Source: Callorhinchus milii (taxonomy: Eukaryota). Taken from it: a stretch of DNA of 64,000 nt. Positions 10,401 through 24,261 of the stretch are shown here, piece by piece; position 1 is the first letter of the stretch; the number at the start of each line of letters is the position of its first letter. A program made the position numbers and the translations under genes. The stretch is from contig NW_024704750.1 in NCBI RefSeq assembly GCF_018977255.1, positions 4,092,001 through 4,156,000 on the forward strand, given 5' to 3'. The notes under the pieces were generated by a model. That model saw only the letters and a program-made list of their open reading frames with translations, ran no database searches and had not been told where the DNA came from.

Positions 10401-13400
10401 CTTTAAAACCAGGCCTTGTCTTAGGTTGCTACTGGAAGTCGGGTTCCACTCAGAAAGGCTAAAGCAAAGGTGAAGGATGCGAGAGAAAAGTCTTTGAGAG
10501 TTTGATCTTGGCTTTCAGTAGATGTCTTTTTCAAGGTATCTTCCACTTTCACGGATTTTTAGATTTGAAGTAAAACATTTTTCCCCATAGCAGTTTTCAG
10601 CTAATGTCTTCTCTCTTTGTTAACAGGTACATTAGTACTACAGTTTGTCGAGCTTTGCAGTGCAAATCACTGTATTACAGTGCAGCTTAACAAGTAGGGC
10701 AGGGCTTTCCTGACAGTTTTTATTAGGTGATACAATTTCAATTCAAATTGGGTTTTCCCCGTTTTTATATTTGTTTTATTTTTTTTGCTGAATTTTATTA
10801 CATTTCTGGTTAGAGGCTGTCAGTGATGTTCTAATGGGTCTGTGCCCTATGGTCTGTACCCCAAGCCTGCCCCTACCTGGTCAGAATGCAGGAACCATCT
10901 CACACTCTGAAGATCAAGGCTGTACGCGTGGAGAGCAGAACATTGTGATGTTCTTTCCACCCTCCACAAAATGGTAATGACAGATTATTCAAAACAAATT
11001 CCTGATTTTTATCTGCATTTCTGAAAATAAGTTATTGGGAAACAAATTTCCAGTGTACACTCTCTGCTGGAGGTTTCTATAACCAGTGGACTTTAGTTAT
11101 TATCAGAAAACTTTGTCGCAGGTATACAGACGAGGACTGCAAGCAATACCTCTCAGTGTTGATCTGTGGCTTCACTATATCAGTTTCTTGAAAGAGACCT
11201 TGGATAACAGCAATGCAGAGACCGGTGCCAAATTAAAAAGGTAATGATGGGTTGATACTTGCACTTCTATCAGATCAAAGTTTTATTTACATTTTTACCT
11301 TTTGATCCTGAATATTCCAACTTTAACTTCAGTAGAGCAGATGAAGTCTTGAGACTTAAGTTATATTCCTGACATAATTTTGTGATTGAGTAAATGTGTC
11401 AGCCAGGCACCTTAATTTTACAACATTGATCAAGGAGCTTGTATTGATTTATATTTAAACATAAAACATTATTTTAGGTGAAGTGGTTTCAGAATGAAGC
11501 ACTTCCTTTCACAGATTTGAGTGTTTTACAGATAGCGGATAACAGAATTGTTTTTAATAGGAATAACAATGGGTGAATTATGCTGAATTTTCTTCTTGAT
11601 GCATTCACAGTGTGTTTGAGCACTCTGTGTTAGCTGCAGGGACGGACTTCCGCTCAGACAGACTGTGGGAAACGTACATCAATTGGCAAAATGAAAGTGG
11701 AAACCTGGTGGAGGTGACTGCAATTTACGATCGGATTCTTGGTATTCCAACCCAGCTTTACAGTCACCATTTCCAAAGGTAAACTACAGCAAACAAGGTG
11801 TGGTCACAATCCTTGTTAGGAGTGTTTACTGTTTTTGGAAATAAACTTTTTTCAGAGAGTAAAGATTAAAAAAGAGAAGAAAAAGTAAATACCAAAACTA
11901 AACATGGACAGAAAATTAGTTTATACTTTTTCCATTGCAAGGAGGAAATTGCAGTTGAGAGATACAGTCTCACTGTTTTCTGGTGCTATTCCACTTATGT
12001 TTGTCGACCATTGTTAAGATTGCTGCTGCTGTTCATTTGTGTTTTTGTAGGGTGAAACCATTCAGAGCTTAATATATTTTCCAACTTTTAAACTATAATT
12101 TCCTGACCAATAACAGCTACATAATCTGTATGAAATGTTATTTGCAAGTTGTGCTGAACCACAGAATATACATATATATATTATACAATTTATCACTTAG
12201 TAAATTAAAAATTGTAATAGCTTCTTTATTTTTATGCAGAGGTTCTACAGTCCACAAAGGATTAAATGTGAAATTCTCAATAAACTGAATCTTTGGGGTA
12301 GGAAAATTCCTGTAGTGCATTTAACATTTTGTATTATATAAACTGGAATTTTCTTTCCTATAACTGTCTGGTAATAAAGGCTCTGAACTGCTATTTTATG
12401 ATGTGTGAATGATTGCTGTTTTTCAGGTTCAAAGACCATGTTCAAAATCATTTACCTAAAGATATAATCTGCACTGAGGATTTCATGAAACTACGCAGAG
12501 AACTAGTAGTCAAAAATAGCCACTTTGACAATGATGGACCTCCAGGGGATGACGTGGAACCTGGAATTGATTTAAATGATCCTGCACAGGTACACTATTT
12601 GTATAAAATTACTATTTACAACCTTTGAGTAAGTAGTTTGAGATCTTTTGCTCCTATTGATTCAGTCTATTTTTTTTGTCTTGGGGCAATATCATATTTG
12701 TTATTCTCTTTTGATTTTGGCGAGTTTGACTTGCTTTGCTTGTCTCTTTTCCAATAGTGGGGAGGAAAAAAAAATACCTGTATGTTCTTTGCCTTTTCAG
12801 ATTGTTTCTGAAATCGAGAACATGCGTCACCGAATAATCGAAATTCGCCAGGAGACGCATAATCACAATGAGAATGAGGTTAGCAGGCGATGGACATTTG
12901 AGGAAGGGGTAAGTAAGAGGCCAAAAATGCACCTGAATTTTAATGTAAATTAAATTTAATAGAAGTATTAAGACAGCTGTAAATTTACAAAGAAAAGTAT
13001 AAAGAGTACTTTGTGCCCATTGTCAAGAATACCTAATCTATAAAATTAGGTGAGCTAATATTCATAACCGCTATACAATTATTTGTAAATAACGACTGAC
13101 TGTCAAAACACTACTAGGAATAACCAGCTAATCATCTGTTTCAAATTTCCATGTGTTTTAATCGTCAACAACTGATAGCGCTCAGTTATGTTGCATATTA
13201 GGTATTGTGAAATCAGTGGGAGAGGTGTTGAATGCCACTGAATCTGACTACGCCATTTGCAAGTATTTATAGTGCAGAAATGCTTTGGCTGTTTTTAGTG
13301 TGATACTTAGCAAAGCCTGTAAAACCTGTTACATTGCAAAGTCTAAATTATGTATCCAGAATGTTATTGCAATTGCGAGAAATATTTATGAATGTTTTTT

Positions 13401-16400
13401 ACATTTCTAAATGTGTAAATAATTGTAATAATAAGTTCACAATTTGATCTCTAAGCAAATTTGTCTTTTATCCTAGATTAAACGACCTTACTTCCATGTC
13501 AAGCCATTGGAAAAAGCACAGCTAAAAAACTGGAAAGATTATCTTGATTTTGAGATAGAAAATGGAACCCTTGAGCGTGTGGTTGTTCTGTTTGAGAGAT
13601 GTCTTGTGGCCTGTGCCCTTTATGAAGACTTCTGGATAAAGGTTTGGTGGCGCTTTGTGGATAGAAAATACTTCAAAATATTGCAGAATTATTATTTTTT
13701 GGGGGGAGGGTTAAGCAAATACAGATCAAAACTTTGAATCTGTAAATCGATTAATATCTTTCCTGAGGTTCTGTTTGTTTGTAATGTCTGGGAATACTAA
13801 AGTCAGAAGTCCCCATGTATATAATTTAAGTTTTCTGATCTCAGCTGTAGTTAATGTAGTGGCTGTACTATTGATCTTTTATTTTGTCAGCTGAGTGTCA
13901 CTTGCAGAAACCCATCACTAAGCTTAAGAGTATCCAAACCAGACTTGAATTCTGCATATGTATGCCACTTACAAGTGGGAATTTCCCCGTGTGCAATGGA
14001 ATATGCACTCTCTCTGGATGGAAGCAACCCTACTTAGTACTAAATGCAGGTTGGCAAGAGCCGGGGCTTGGCTGTGAGTGTGCCTCACCATTGATCTGCG
14101 CTTGCAGGTCTTGTTTAAGGAGGATAATATAGGTGGAACTCTTGGTTGTTATGCAGTGACCCTAGCTAGCTGTAACAAATTAGTTGTTGAAAAATATTGA
14201 TCTGTAACATATTTGCCAGTGTGAGTCACAAGCTATTTTCTTTCAGTATGCAAAGTACATGGAAAACCACAGTAATGAAGGTGTGCGGCATGTTTATAGC
14301 AGAGCCTGCACAGTTCACCTCTGCAAGAAACCCATGGTACATTTACTTTGGGCAGCTTTTGAGGAACAACAAGGTGAGTTGTAAAATCCACTAAGTCTGC
14401 ACATTTGTTGCTTAATTCTGACGACTGCATTACAAGTCTCTGCTCCAGCACAAGTCTCTAGTGTTGCACTGAGATTATCAACAGTAATTCAATTGTGTAA
14501 CCAAGGCAGATTAGTTCTATGGAAACAGTGGTTGAGACAATGTTCTAAAAAGCTCCTCTTGAGTAGAATGCTGTATGAATAATGAGGATATTGCCCGTCA
14601 AATAATAAGGACATATAAAGTACATTGAAAACATGAGATGTTTTAATTATGTGATTGTTGTTTGAAGGGAACATCAATGAAGCAAGAAGAATTCTCAGAT
14701 CATTGGAAGAATCTGTGCCAGGTTTGGCCATGGTCCGCTTAAGGCGGGTGAGCTTAGAGCGTCGTCATGGAAATATAGATGAAGCTGGCTTTCTGCTACA
14801 AGATGCTATTAAAAATAGCAAAACCCCTAGTGAAGCTTCTTTCTATGCTGTGAAGTTGGCTCGCCTTTTATTCAAAGTGGAAAAGAGTCTTTCAAAAGCC
14901 AGGAAGGTTCTGGTTGAAGCAATTGAGCGTGATAAGGTATGTTGCAGGAAATATTTCAAATGATACTTGGCAATGCACATATTACAAAAAAACACGTCTA
15001 CGTTTCTGTTCAATTTCCATCCAGAGAGGTATTTCCACCTCTCTTGTTAACACAGAGCCAATTTCAAAAAGTAGCTCTGTGCTGCGTTTTTTCTTTTTAA
15101 ATTTAACTTGTCAACTTCTGTTTTAAGATGGAGGAACAATAAGTGTTTGTATACGTAAATTCCATTACATACAGAACTGATGGCAGTCAATTCTTTGACA
15201 ATTGCTGCTGAGTTTCCGTATGTTCCCACTATTGTAAGTAGTTGTAAGAAAGAAATGTAACTCCTGATCAGATTTGATTAAGTAAAGACTTTGTGAATTT
15301 GTGTCACTTTAAAGAGAAGATGGGAACTGAGTCATCTGCGTTGCTATTCTGAACAAATGCCACAGTTAAAGTATATTTGTTCTGGTTAGGGCTGCAGATT
15401 TGGCATTTTTGGTCAGAAATTGCAGAGCAGCACAGTAGATTTAATGAACATCGTGGGTTTATAGCCATGACAAATCTGCAGCCCTAATTATGGTGATTAC
15501 TGTACGTGACATGGCAAATAAGATGAGTAACAATTGGTATCTATTTTCTTGTAGGAAAGTACTAAACTATATCTGAACTTGTTGGAACTAGAATACAGTG
15601 CAGAACTGAAACTCAATGAGGAAAATATTCTGAATTGTTTTGATAAAGCTGTAAGCAGCTCAATGCCTATTGAAACCAGGATAGCTTTCTCTCAGAGAAA
15701 AGTTGAATTTTTGGAGGACTTTGGATCTGAGGTGAAAAGGTAAATTTAAAGCATCATATTGTTATACCATTGATTTCCTTATATATTTAAAAAAAACTGC
15801 TTTTGATTTGCACATTGGACTTTTGAAAGCAAGCTGTAAGGTAAGTTGAAATCTTTTGTTAAACTGCAGAATAATCTATTAATGATTTTCATTGTGGCTC
15901 CTGTTGGCTTTCACCTAAACTGTTTGAACAGGAAAGAATGTTAGAGATTGGTATCCACACCCATCAGAAGGAATCTGTCCTGCACCTTATAAATGAACCA
16001 GGAGCGCTTAAACAAAAAACGATAGCTGTAATGAAAAATTCTCCATGCAAAATAAGTTTGGTGGATCACCTGCTGGTAAAGTGTACAGGATTTGATTGGG
16101 CCATTCTGGGCAGTCGTCTGAAACTTGCACCTTTTTTTAAAAGAATGCTGGGGAAGAACAAAATTCTGTATTATATGGGGTAATACAGTGACTGCCAAAA
16201 GCCTTTTTTGTGCAATTTAATTCATAGGAAATGTGAATATCAAAGGAAGAAATGGGATTAACTCTTCAAAATGAATTGAAGGAAATCGCTGTATATCCTG
16301 ATGTGACGTCTTCAAATTCTATAATTGTGCTGGAAATGCACATTCACATGAAGCGTAAACTGGGAAATGGTTTAAGATCTTTGTAGAGTATTTCTGCATG

Positions 16401-18036
16401 AGATAGCATTGATTCTTGCCTTGATTTATTCCAGTGCTATGGTGTGTGAAGCAAAAGTTATTTGAGAGTGTTTGAAATCTGTGACAGCTGAGCATTGATA
16501 ATCTTCTTTTTCCTAGACTTATGGTGGCTTATGATAATCATCAAAAGCTTCTTAAAGAGCAAGAATCTTCTAAAAGGAAGGCAGAAAATGGGTAAGTAGT
16601 ATTTAGGACTCGGGGACCTTTCTTTGTGCAAAATGGCTGCTGCATTTGCCTGCCAAAGATCACCACATTAATTGATTGGAATAATTTGAGAGGTTTCTAT
16701 GTAATCAGGCATCATAGAAGTGAAAATTATTTCATTGTAAAGTGAAGCTTTAGGTCTTGAACCTTTGATTTGTCACGTGGAGAATATCCAATCTAATTGA
16801 AAACACTTTCTCACATTGATCGAGGGAGAAGTGGAGGCTCAATCACTCGCTCCTTACAGCCCGTTACAAAGTGCAAAATATATGGAATGTGTTCTGGGAA
16901 CAGGTCACCTACCTGCCACCTTATCTTTGAAGCACTTTGAGATGTCTAGAACACGTGATAAGGTGCTATCTCAAATGCAAGGATTATTATTATCTACTTG
17001 TTATTCTTGCTTTGTTACTTAGGGAGCAGTTTTTTTAAAAAAAAGTTGTATTTTGGAGAGGATTACAGATGAAATTCTAGCTTTGTGATTTTTGTTTAAA
17101 TGTTGCAGATCAGAAGAGCCAGAGGGAAAAAGCACCGACCTGATGATGCATCATTGGCATCTACCCAGATGATGGGTGGAGACTTGCAGGCTAATCAGGC
17201 TGCATACCACTACAATGCTTGGTATCAGGTGAGCAAACCGTTCTTAAACATCGAGTCAAGGAACTCAGGGAAGGGAGTTTTCCCTGATTTCCTAGCCAAT
17301 GATCCCCCGGGTAATAAAAAAAATTGGTGATTCACTTCGATTTTTGTGAGACATTACACACTACAAATTGGGTGCCGTGTTTGCCTACAAGTATACAGTA
17401 TTTGTAGGCAAACATTATGCCTACAAACACAATGCCTGCAAATACACAAATTTAAAGTGATGAGGTGTAATATCAAAAGCAAAGAATAATATTGACTATC
17501 TTAGAATAAATAATGGTAATGAGAATCGTGATGAAATTAAATCTGCTGTCTTCAAATCTGAGGACTTTATTTAAAGCCTTTACTCCCCCAAAATTTCAAG
17601 ACGACTTGCTTCTATAGATCCATTAAAATTTATTCCTGTAACCATTAAAATTTATTCCTGTAACCATGTACTGCATGGAATTTCTGTTTTTTTTTAAAGC
17701 ACCCAACTCGTTGCAAGACGCTGTTCAAGATGCCATGTTTTTTTCCCGGTTCTTTTCACACTATGTTTATTGTATCTTGAAAGAGTTTTAAAACGCTACC
17801 CCATGTAAAGGGCAGTATATAAATGCAAGTTGTTGTTGAAAATGTTTGGATCCTGAGATTGGTGGGGAAGGTGTTCTTAAAGTTTTTCTATTTATGCCCA
17901 GTTTAAACTGCTGGAAATGAAACTATCACTCTTTATGTACAACCTATTTAACTAGTACTTTTTTTTTCTTTTCTCACAGTACAACTACCCAACACCCTGG
18001 AACTATGGGCAGTATTACCCACCTCCTCCTACCTAA
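7346..18036 (+). CDS. PRPF39: Pre-mRNA processing factor 39 (HAT-repeat U1 snRNP-associated protein), 14 coding exons
   Basis: Exons 7346-7361, 9387-9844, 10207-10332, 11122-11240, 11611-11778, 12427-12589, 12801-12908, 13477-13641, 14247-14373, 14668-14936, 15555-15739, 16517-16591, 17109-17228, 17980-18036. Peptides [90 protein letters not shown] and C-terminal [12 protein letters not shown]. Exon 13 is 1 nt short (see findings). AATAAA at 18215. Confidence 0.96.
7755..8527 (+). mobile_element. L2 3' end carrying an internal pyrimidine-rich minisatellite expansion
   Basis: Starts with ctcaagacctttctcttcgaccgcgccttcagctcccct and ends with the family tail and (TGT)n. 7880-8430 is a tandem array of ccctcaccctgaccatctcc..tcctcgctccctcccttc units. 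Confidence 0.8.
15387..15486. mobile_element. hAT-type MITE, 100 bp, in PRPF39 intron 10
   Basis: TIRs TAGGGCTGCAGATTTGGCAT and ATGACAAATCTGCAGCCCTA match 19/20. Flanking 8-mers GTTCTGGT and ATTATGGT match 6/8, consistent with a decayed 8-bp TSD. Confidence 0.72.
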
Positions 18037-18783
18037 CTTTATAAAAATCATTACAGGATAGGTATTCGCTCCAAAAGCAAGAAATATAAAATACTTCATT
18101 TTAATATCTACAGCTGTGGAATTATTTTGTCAAGGAATCAAAAAAAACTTTAGGCAAAGTTGTTTTGGGGGGGAAGGGGAGTTTACCATGATATATTTGA
18201 ATGGTTTGTGTTTGAATAAATTTTATGAATTCTCATAATGACACCTTTTAGAATGTGAAATCTTTTTTAATTTCTATTCTCTTCATACTTTTTGTTAATA
18301 GAAAAATTAATTAAAAAAACTGCTGCAGCTGACTTCTGGTGTTTGTTTTTTCACTGACCGTTTCATGCGAGCATGTTGAAGACTTGTGCCAAGTACCTAT
18401 CAAGCTTACGAATGTAACTCATGCTTTGCTTTAAGAAGCTAGCTTCAATGAAGTGTTTTGCCCTTATACAGTACTTTTATATCTGCTAAATTAGCAATAA
18501 CCTGCCTTTGTAGAGACATTACATTGTCTGAACAGTTCATACAATATGCTCCTAAAATTAGCTATACTTGCATATTGGGGAACGGATTTGAATGTTGCAT
18601 ATGAAGCATTTTGAGATGTTCATTCTGTCAAAGGTAATACACAAGTCCAAGTTAAAATAAGTGATGACATGTCACAGAAATGTTCAATGATAAAAGAAAT
18701 GGCTAAAAAAGGTTCAAAACCAAAGGTGCATAAAAGAGCACTCTGCAGATCTAAGTGGCGGAAAGATAAGATAATGTATCTGT

Positions 18784-19095
18784 GAGTCCTGTAGCTCAGT
18801 GGTTAGATCACTCGCTTTGCAAGTGAGAGACTCGAGTTCAATCCCCGGCAGGTCAGGGCCAAACCTTGGGCAAGTTTCCTTACTCCACACAGAGCCTAAT
18901 AATAATCCTCCAAAAACAATAACAAATTGGTCATTTTCAATCTACGACTGTCTGTGGGACATTGCTGTGCGCAATTGGCTGCTGCGTTTGCCCACAAATA
19001 CACAGTCGATTCACTTTACGGTGTGTTCTGTGAAGCGCTTTGGGACGTCCTCCCGACGTGAAAAGCGCTATATCAAATGCGAGGATTATTATTAA
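18784..19095 (+). mobile_element. tRNA-derived SINE with L2-derived 3' tail
   Basis: A box TAGCTCAGTGGTTAGA, B box GAGTTCAATCC, conserved body, tail gcgctttgggacgtcctcccgacgtgaaaagcgctatatcaaatgc..(TTA)n. Confidence 0.9.
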
Positions 19096-19384
19096 TAGAA
19101 ATGCGAGAATGTGGATTCTCTTCATTTAGACTGGAGCTGTTGCCACCTGCCCGGGAAGCACATGAGACTCTGCCAATCTGATTCCCTTGGATATACCCAA
19201 TGCAAAAAGCTGAGACTTGAACTCCACCCCATCTGTTGACCTAAATGCATCCAGGCCTGAACTGTCAGCCATTTCAATTTCTGGCCAAAACAGATACTTT
19301 ATAAGTTTTACATTGAAACTGAAGTGGGATCTGAGAGGAGGAATTCAGCTGAAACCCCACGACCTTCGGTGGGGGGGGTGTCGC

Positions 19385-19586
19385 CCCATGCGCATGCGCG
19401 ATTCTCCGCCGTGCAGTTGGAGGTGCGCTTGCGCGGTGGCGTACAAAACCCTCCGCGGGATGGTCTTCCGTACAGTCGGGAGGTGCGCTTGCGCGGTGCC
19501 GTACGACGCCCTCGCTCTCTCTGCGTGTAGCTGCGCTGTCGGACGGTCGCTGTTCGGTTCGCTCCGAGTCGGGACTGAGGCCTTCG
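19385..19586 (+). promoter_or_regulatory. FAU promoter and probable non-coding exon 1 (TOP-like pyrimidine start)
   Basis: NRF1 motif GCGCATGCGC near 19390 and a duplicated GGAGGTGCGCTTGCGCGGTG (19419, 19479). Pyrimidine tract ctcgctctctct near 19511; donor CG|gtgagg at 19586/19587. Confidence 0.6.
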
Positions 19587-20574
19587 GTGAGGGTTTGGGG
19601 CTCTTTTTTTTCTCTCCCCCCAACCGCGTGGGACCGCTTCTTGACGAGCTCAGGCCGCCTCCCGCGCTGCCCTCCGCCCCGCGTCGGTGATTCGGGCGGT
19701 TGAGAAGCGGCTGCTCGGAAACGCGCTGAGGCGGCGATGGCGCCGGGCCCTGTGCCGCCCGCGCTAGGCCCGGCCCGGCCCCCTCCCCCCGCCCCGCCCG
19801 CGCTAGGCCCGGCCCGGCCCGGCCCCCTCCCCCCGCCCCGCAGGCCCGGGGTCCGGCGGGTCTGGACTCTGGAGTTTAAGCCGCTGACGGATAGTTTCGC
19901 TGTGGGTCGGACCCGGTTGGGACCGAATGGAAAATCGCCTGTGGTTCCCGGCGGCGGCGACTCTAAACCAACCGCGTGGCTCCCGCAGACCCTCCCGCCC
20001 GGGGGGGGGCCTGGAAACGGCTAAACTGCACCGGGATAGGCCCAGCGTCAGGGCCGGTGCCGGTGGGGGGGGGAAGCCGTGTTACTGGGGGGGATACAGA
20101 GAGCGGTTGGAGGATAATCTGACGGTGGACAGAAGGAGTCCCTGAATGATGGCAGTTGTTTGGTTTCCGACAAATCTAATGGTGAAAGAAGCGATTTTTT
20201 TTTTTTAATCGGTGTATTATTTGCCCAGATTCTGTTTCAATCAATCAATCAATCGATCGATCAATTCTTTTTATTTATATGTACTTATATTTCGCCCACA
20301 AACTACGCAGCGGTCAACCCACTTTACGGCATCTTCTGTGAGGCGCTTTGAGACGTTTCAACGGTGTGATAAGGCGCGATGTCAAATGCAAGGATTATTA
20401 TTATTATTATTATCTTAACCGTCCGCGCACCTGTACTCGTTGCACCACGATGGAGCGATACACTTTACACCTCCTGACCAGCGGCAGGCGACTAATATTT
20501 CAGACAGATTAGGATGCTTCCATTGCATTGTAGCGCAGAGGCATGAATGTTTTTGTGTTGCCCGCAGAATCATC

Positions 20575-23275
<2,701 letters not shown>

Positions 23276-24261
23276 ACATGTTTTGACTTGGTTTCCTTTG
23301 AGCAGAAAATTAACTTGACTTGGTTCAAGAATTAATTCTAATTCTGTATTTGAGAGTAAGGCATGGTTGGCTTTTCAGGACTATGGAATTCCAGAGGGAT
23401 CAGTTGATTGGTATGTTTGATATAAAAATTCTGTAATGATGGCTAATAAAATGCATTTCACTCACTTTGCTTTCACTGCTTTGTTTAGCAATTGACTCAA
23501 TGATTTTCAGGCCACTAGATTTGGAAAAGATCTCAACTTGCGATGCTGAAAACAGGAAAGTTCAGCAAATATCTGATGTTCTCTGACCTATGGTCAGTAG
23601 CAATTATTTTGAACATTTTTAGTTTGGAAAATTGTTCATGTTGTAGGTCCTTCTCATTCTATGAATGCAGAAAATAGAGTTAAGAGGGAACGATGAAAAA
23701 ATATTGTGTTTGGTTGCAGGGATGGAGCTAAAACCAGAGGGGTAGTGCCATTATGGGGGAGTGTCTCTGTTCAAGGAACGATGAGATTCGTAAACATGCA
23801 GGGGGTGAGGTGGGTAACAGGCATGTGCTTATGAGACCAGTTTCCATTTCCGTCCTCACAATAATATGACCAGAAGTTGGCAGAGCAAAGGACGACTACA
23901 ATCACTAAGGAAAGTGGAAACTCACCTTGCTAAAATAGACTCTGTTTGTAGATCACAACAAATGTATTCAAAATCAGCCATACAAACAAAAGGCAGTTTC
24001 TCGTGCTAAAAAAACATTTATTGCATTTATTGAAGATAGTCTTGACTAGTGCAAGACTTAAACTGAGCATAACTGAAAAATCATCTGACTTCTCCAACAT
24101 TGTGATGGTGTGATCACCCACAACGCATTGAAATGAAGAGTTGCTGAACAAGGTTTTAAACAATTATAATTTTCAAACCAAATATGTCCACAAGTTGTAT
24201 ACCGCTTGCATTATTTCAAATGCAGTGCTTCATAGGATAAACGTGAAGAAGCTAAAGTCTG

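Noticed and set aside
14937-15554. Intronic C/D snoRNA (human PRPF39 hosts SNORD127)
   Set aside because: A weak hairpin and CTGA occur near 15145-15180, but I found no convincing box C with a terminal stem. An Infernal/Rfam search would be needed.
17457-17561. C/D box snoRNA candidate (GTGATGA...CTGA) in PRPF39 intron 13
   Set aside because: The first GTGATGA is part of a decayed SINE tail. No terminal stem or recognisable rRNA guide.
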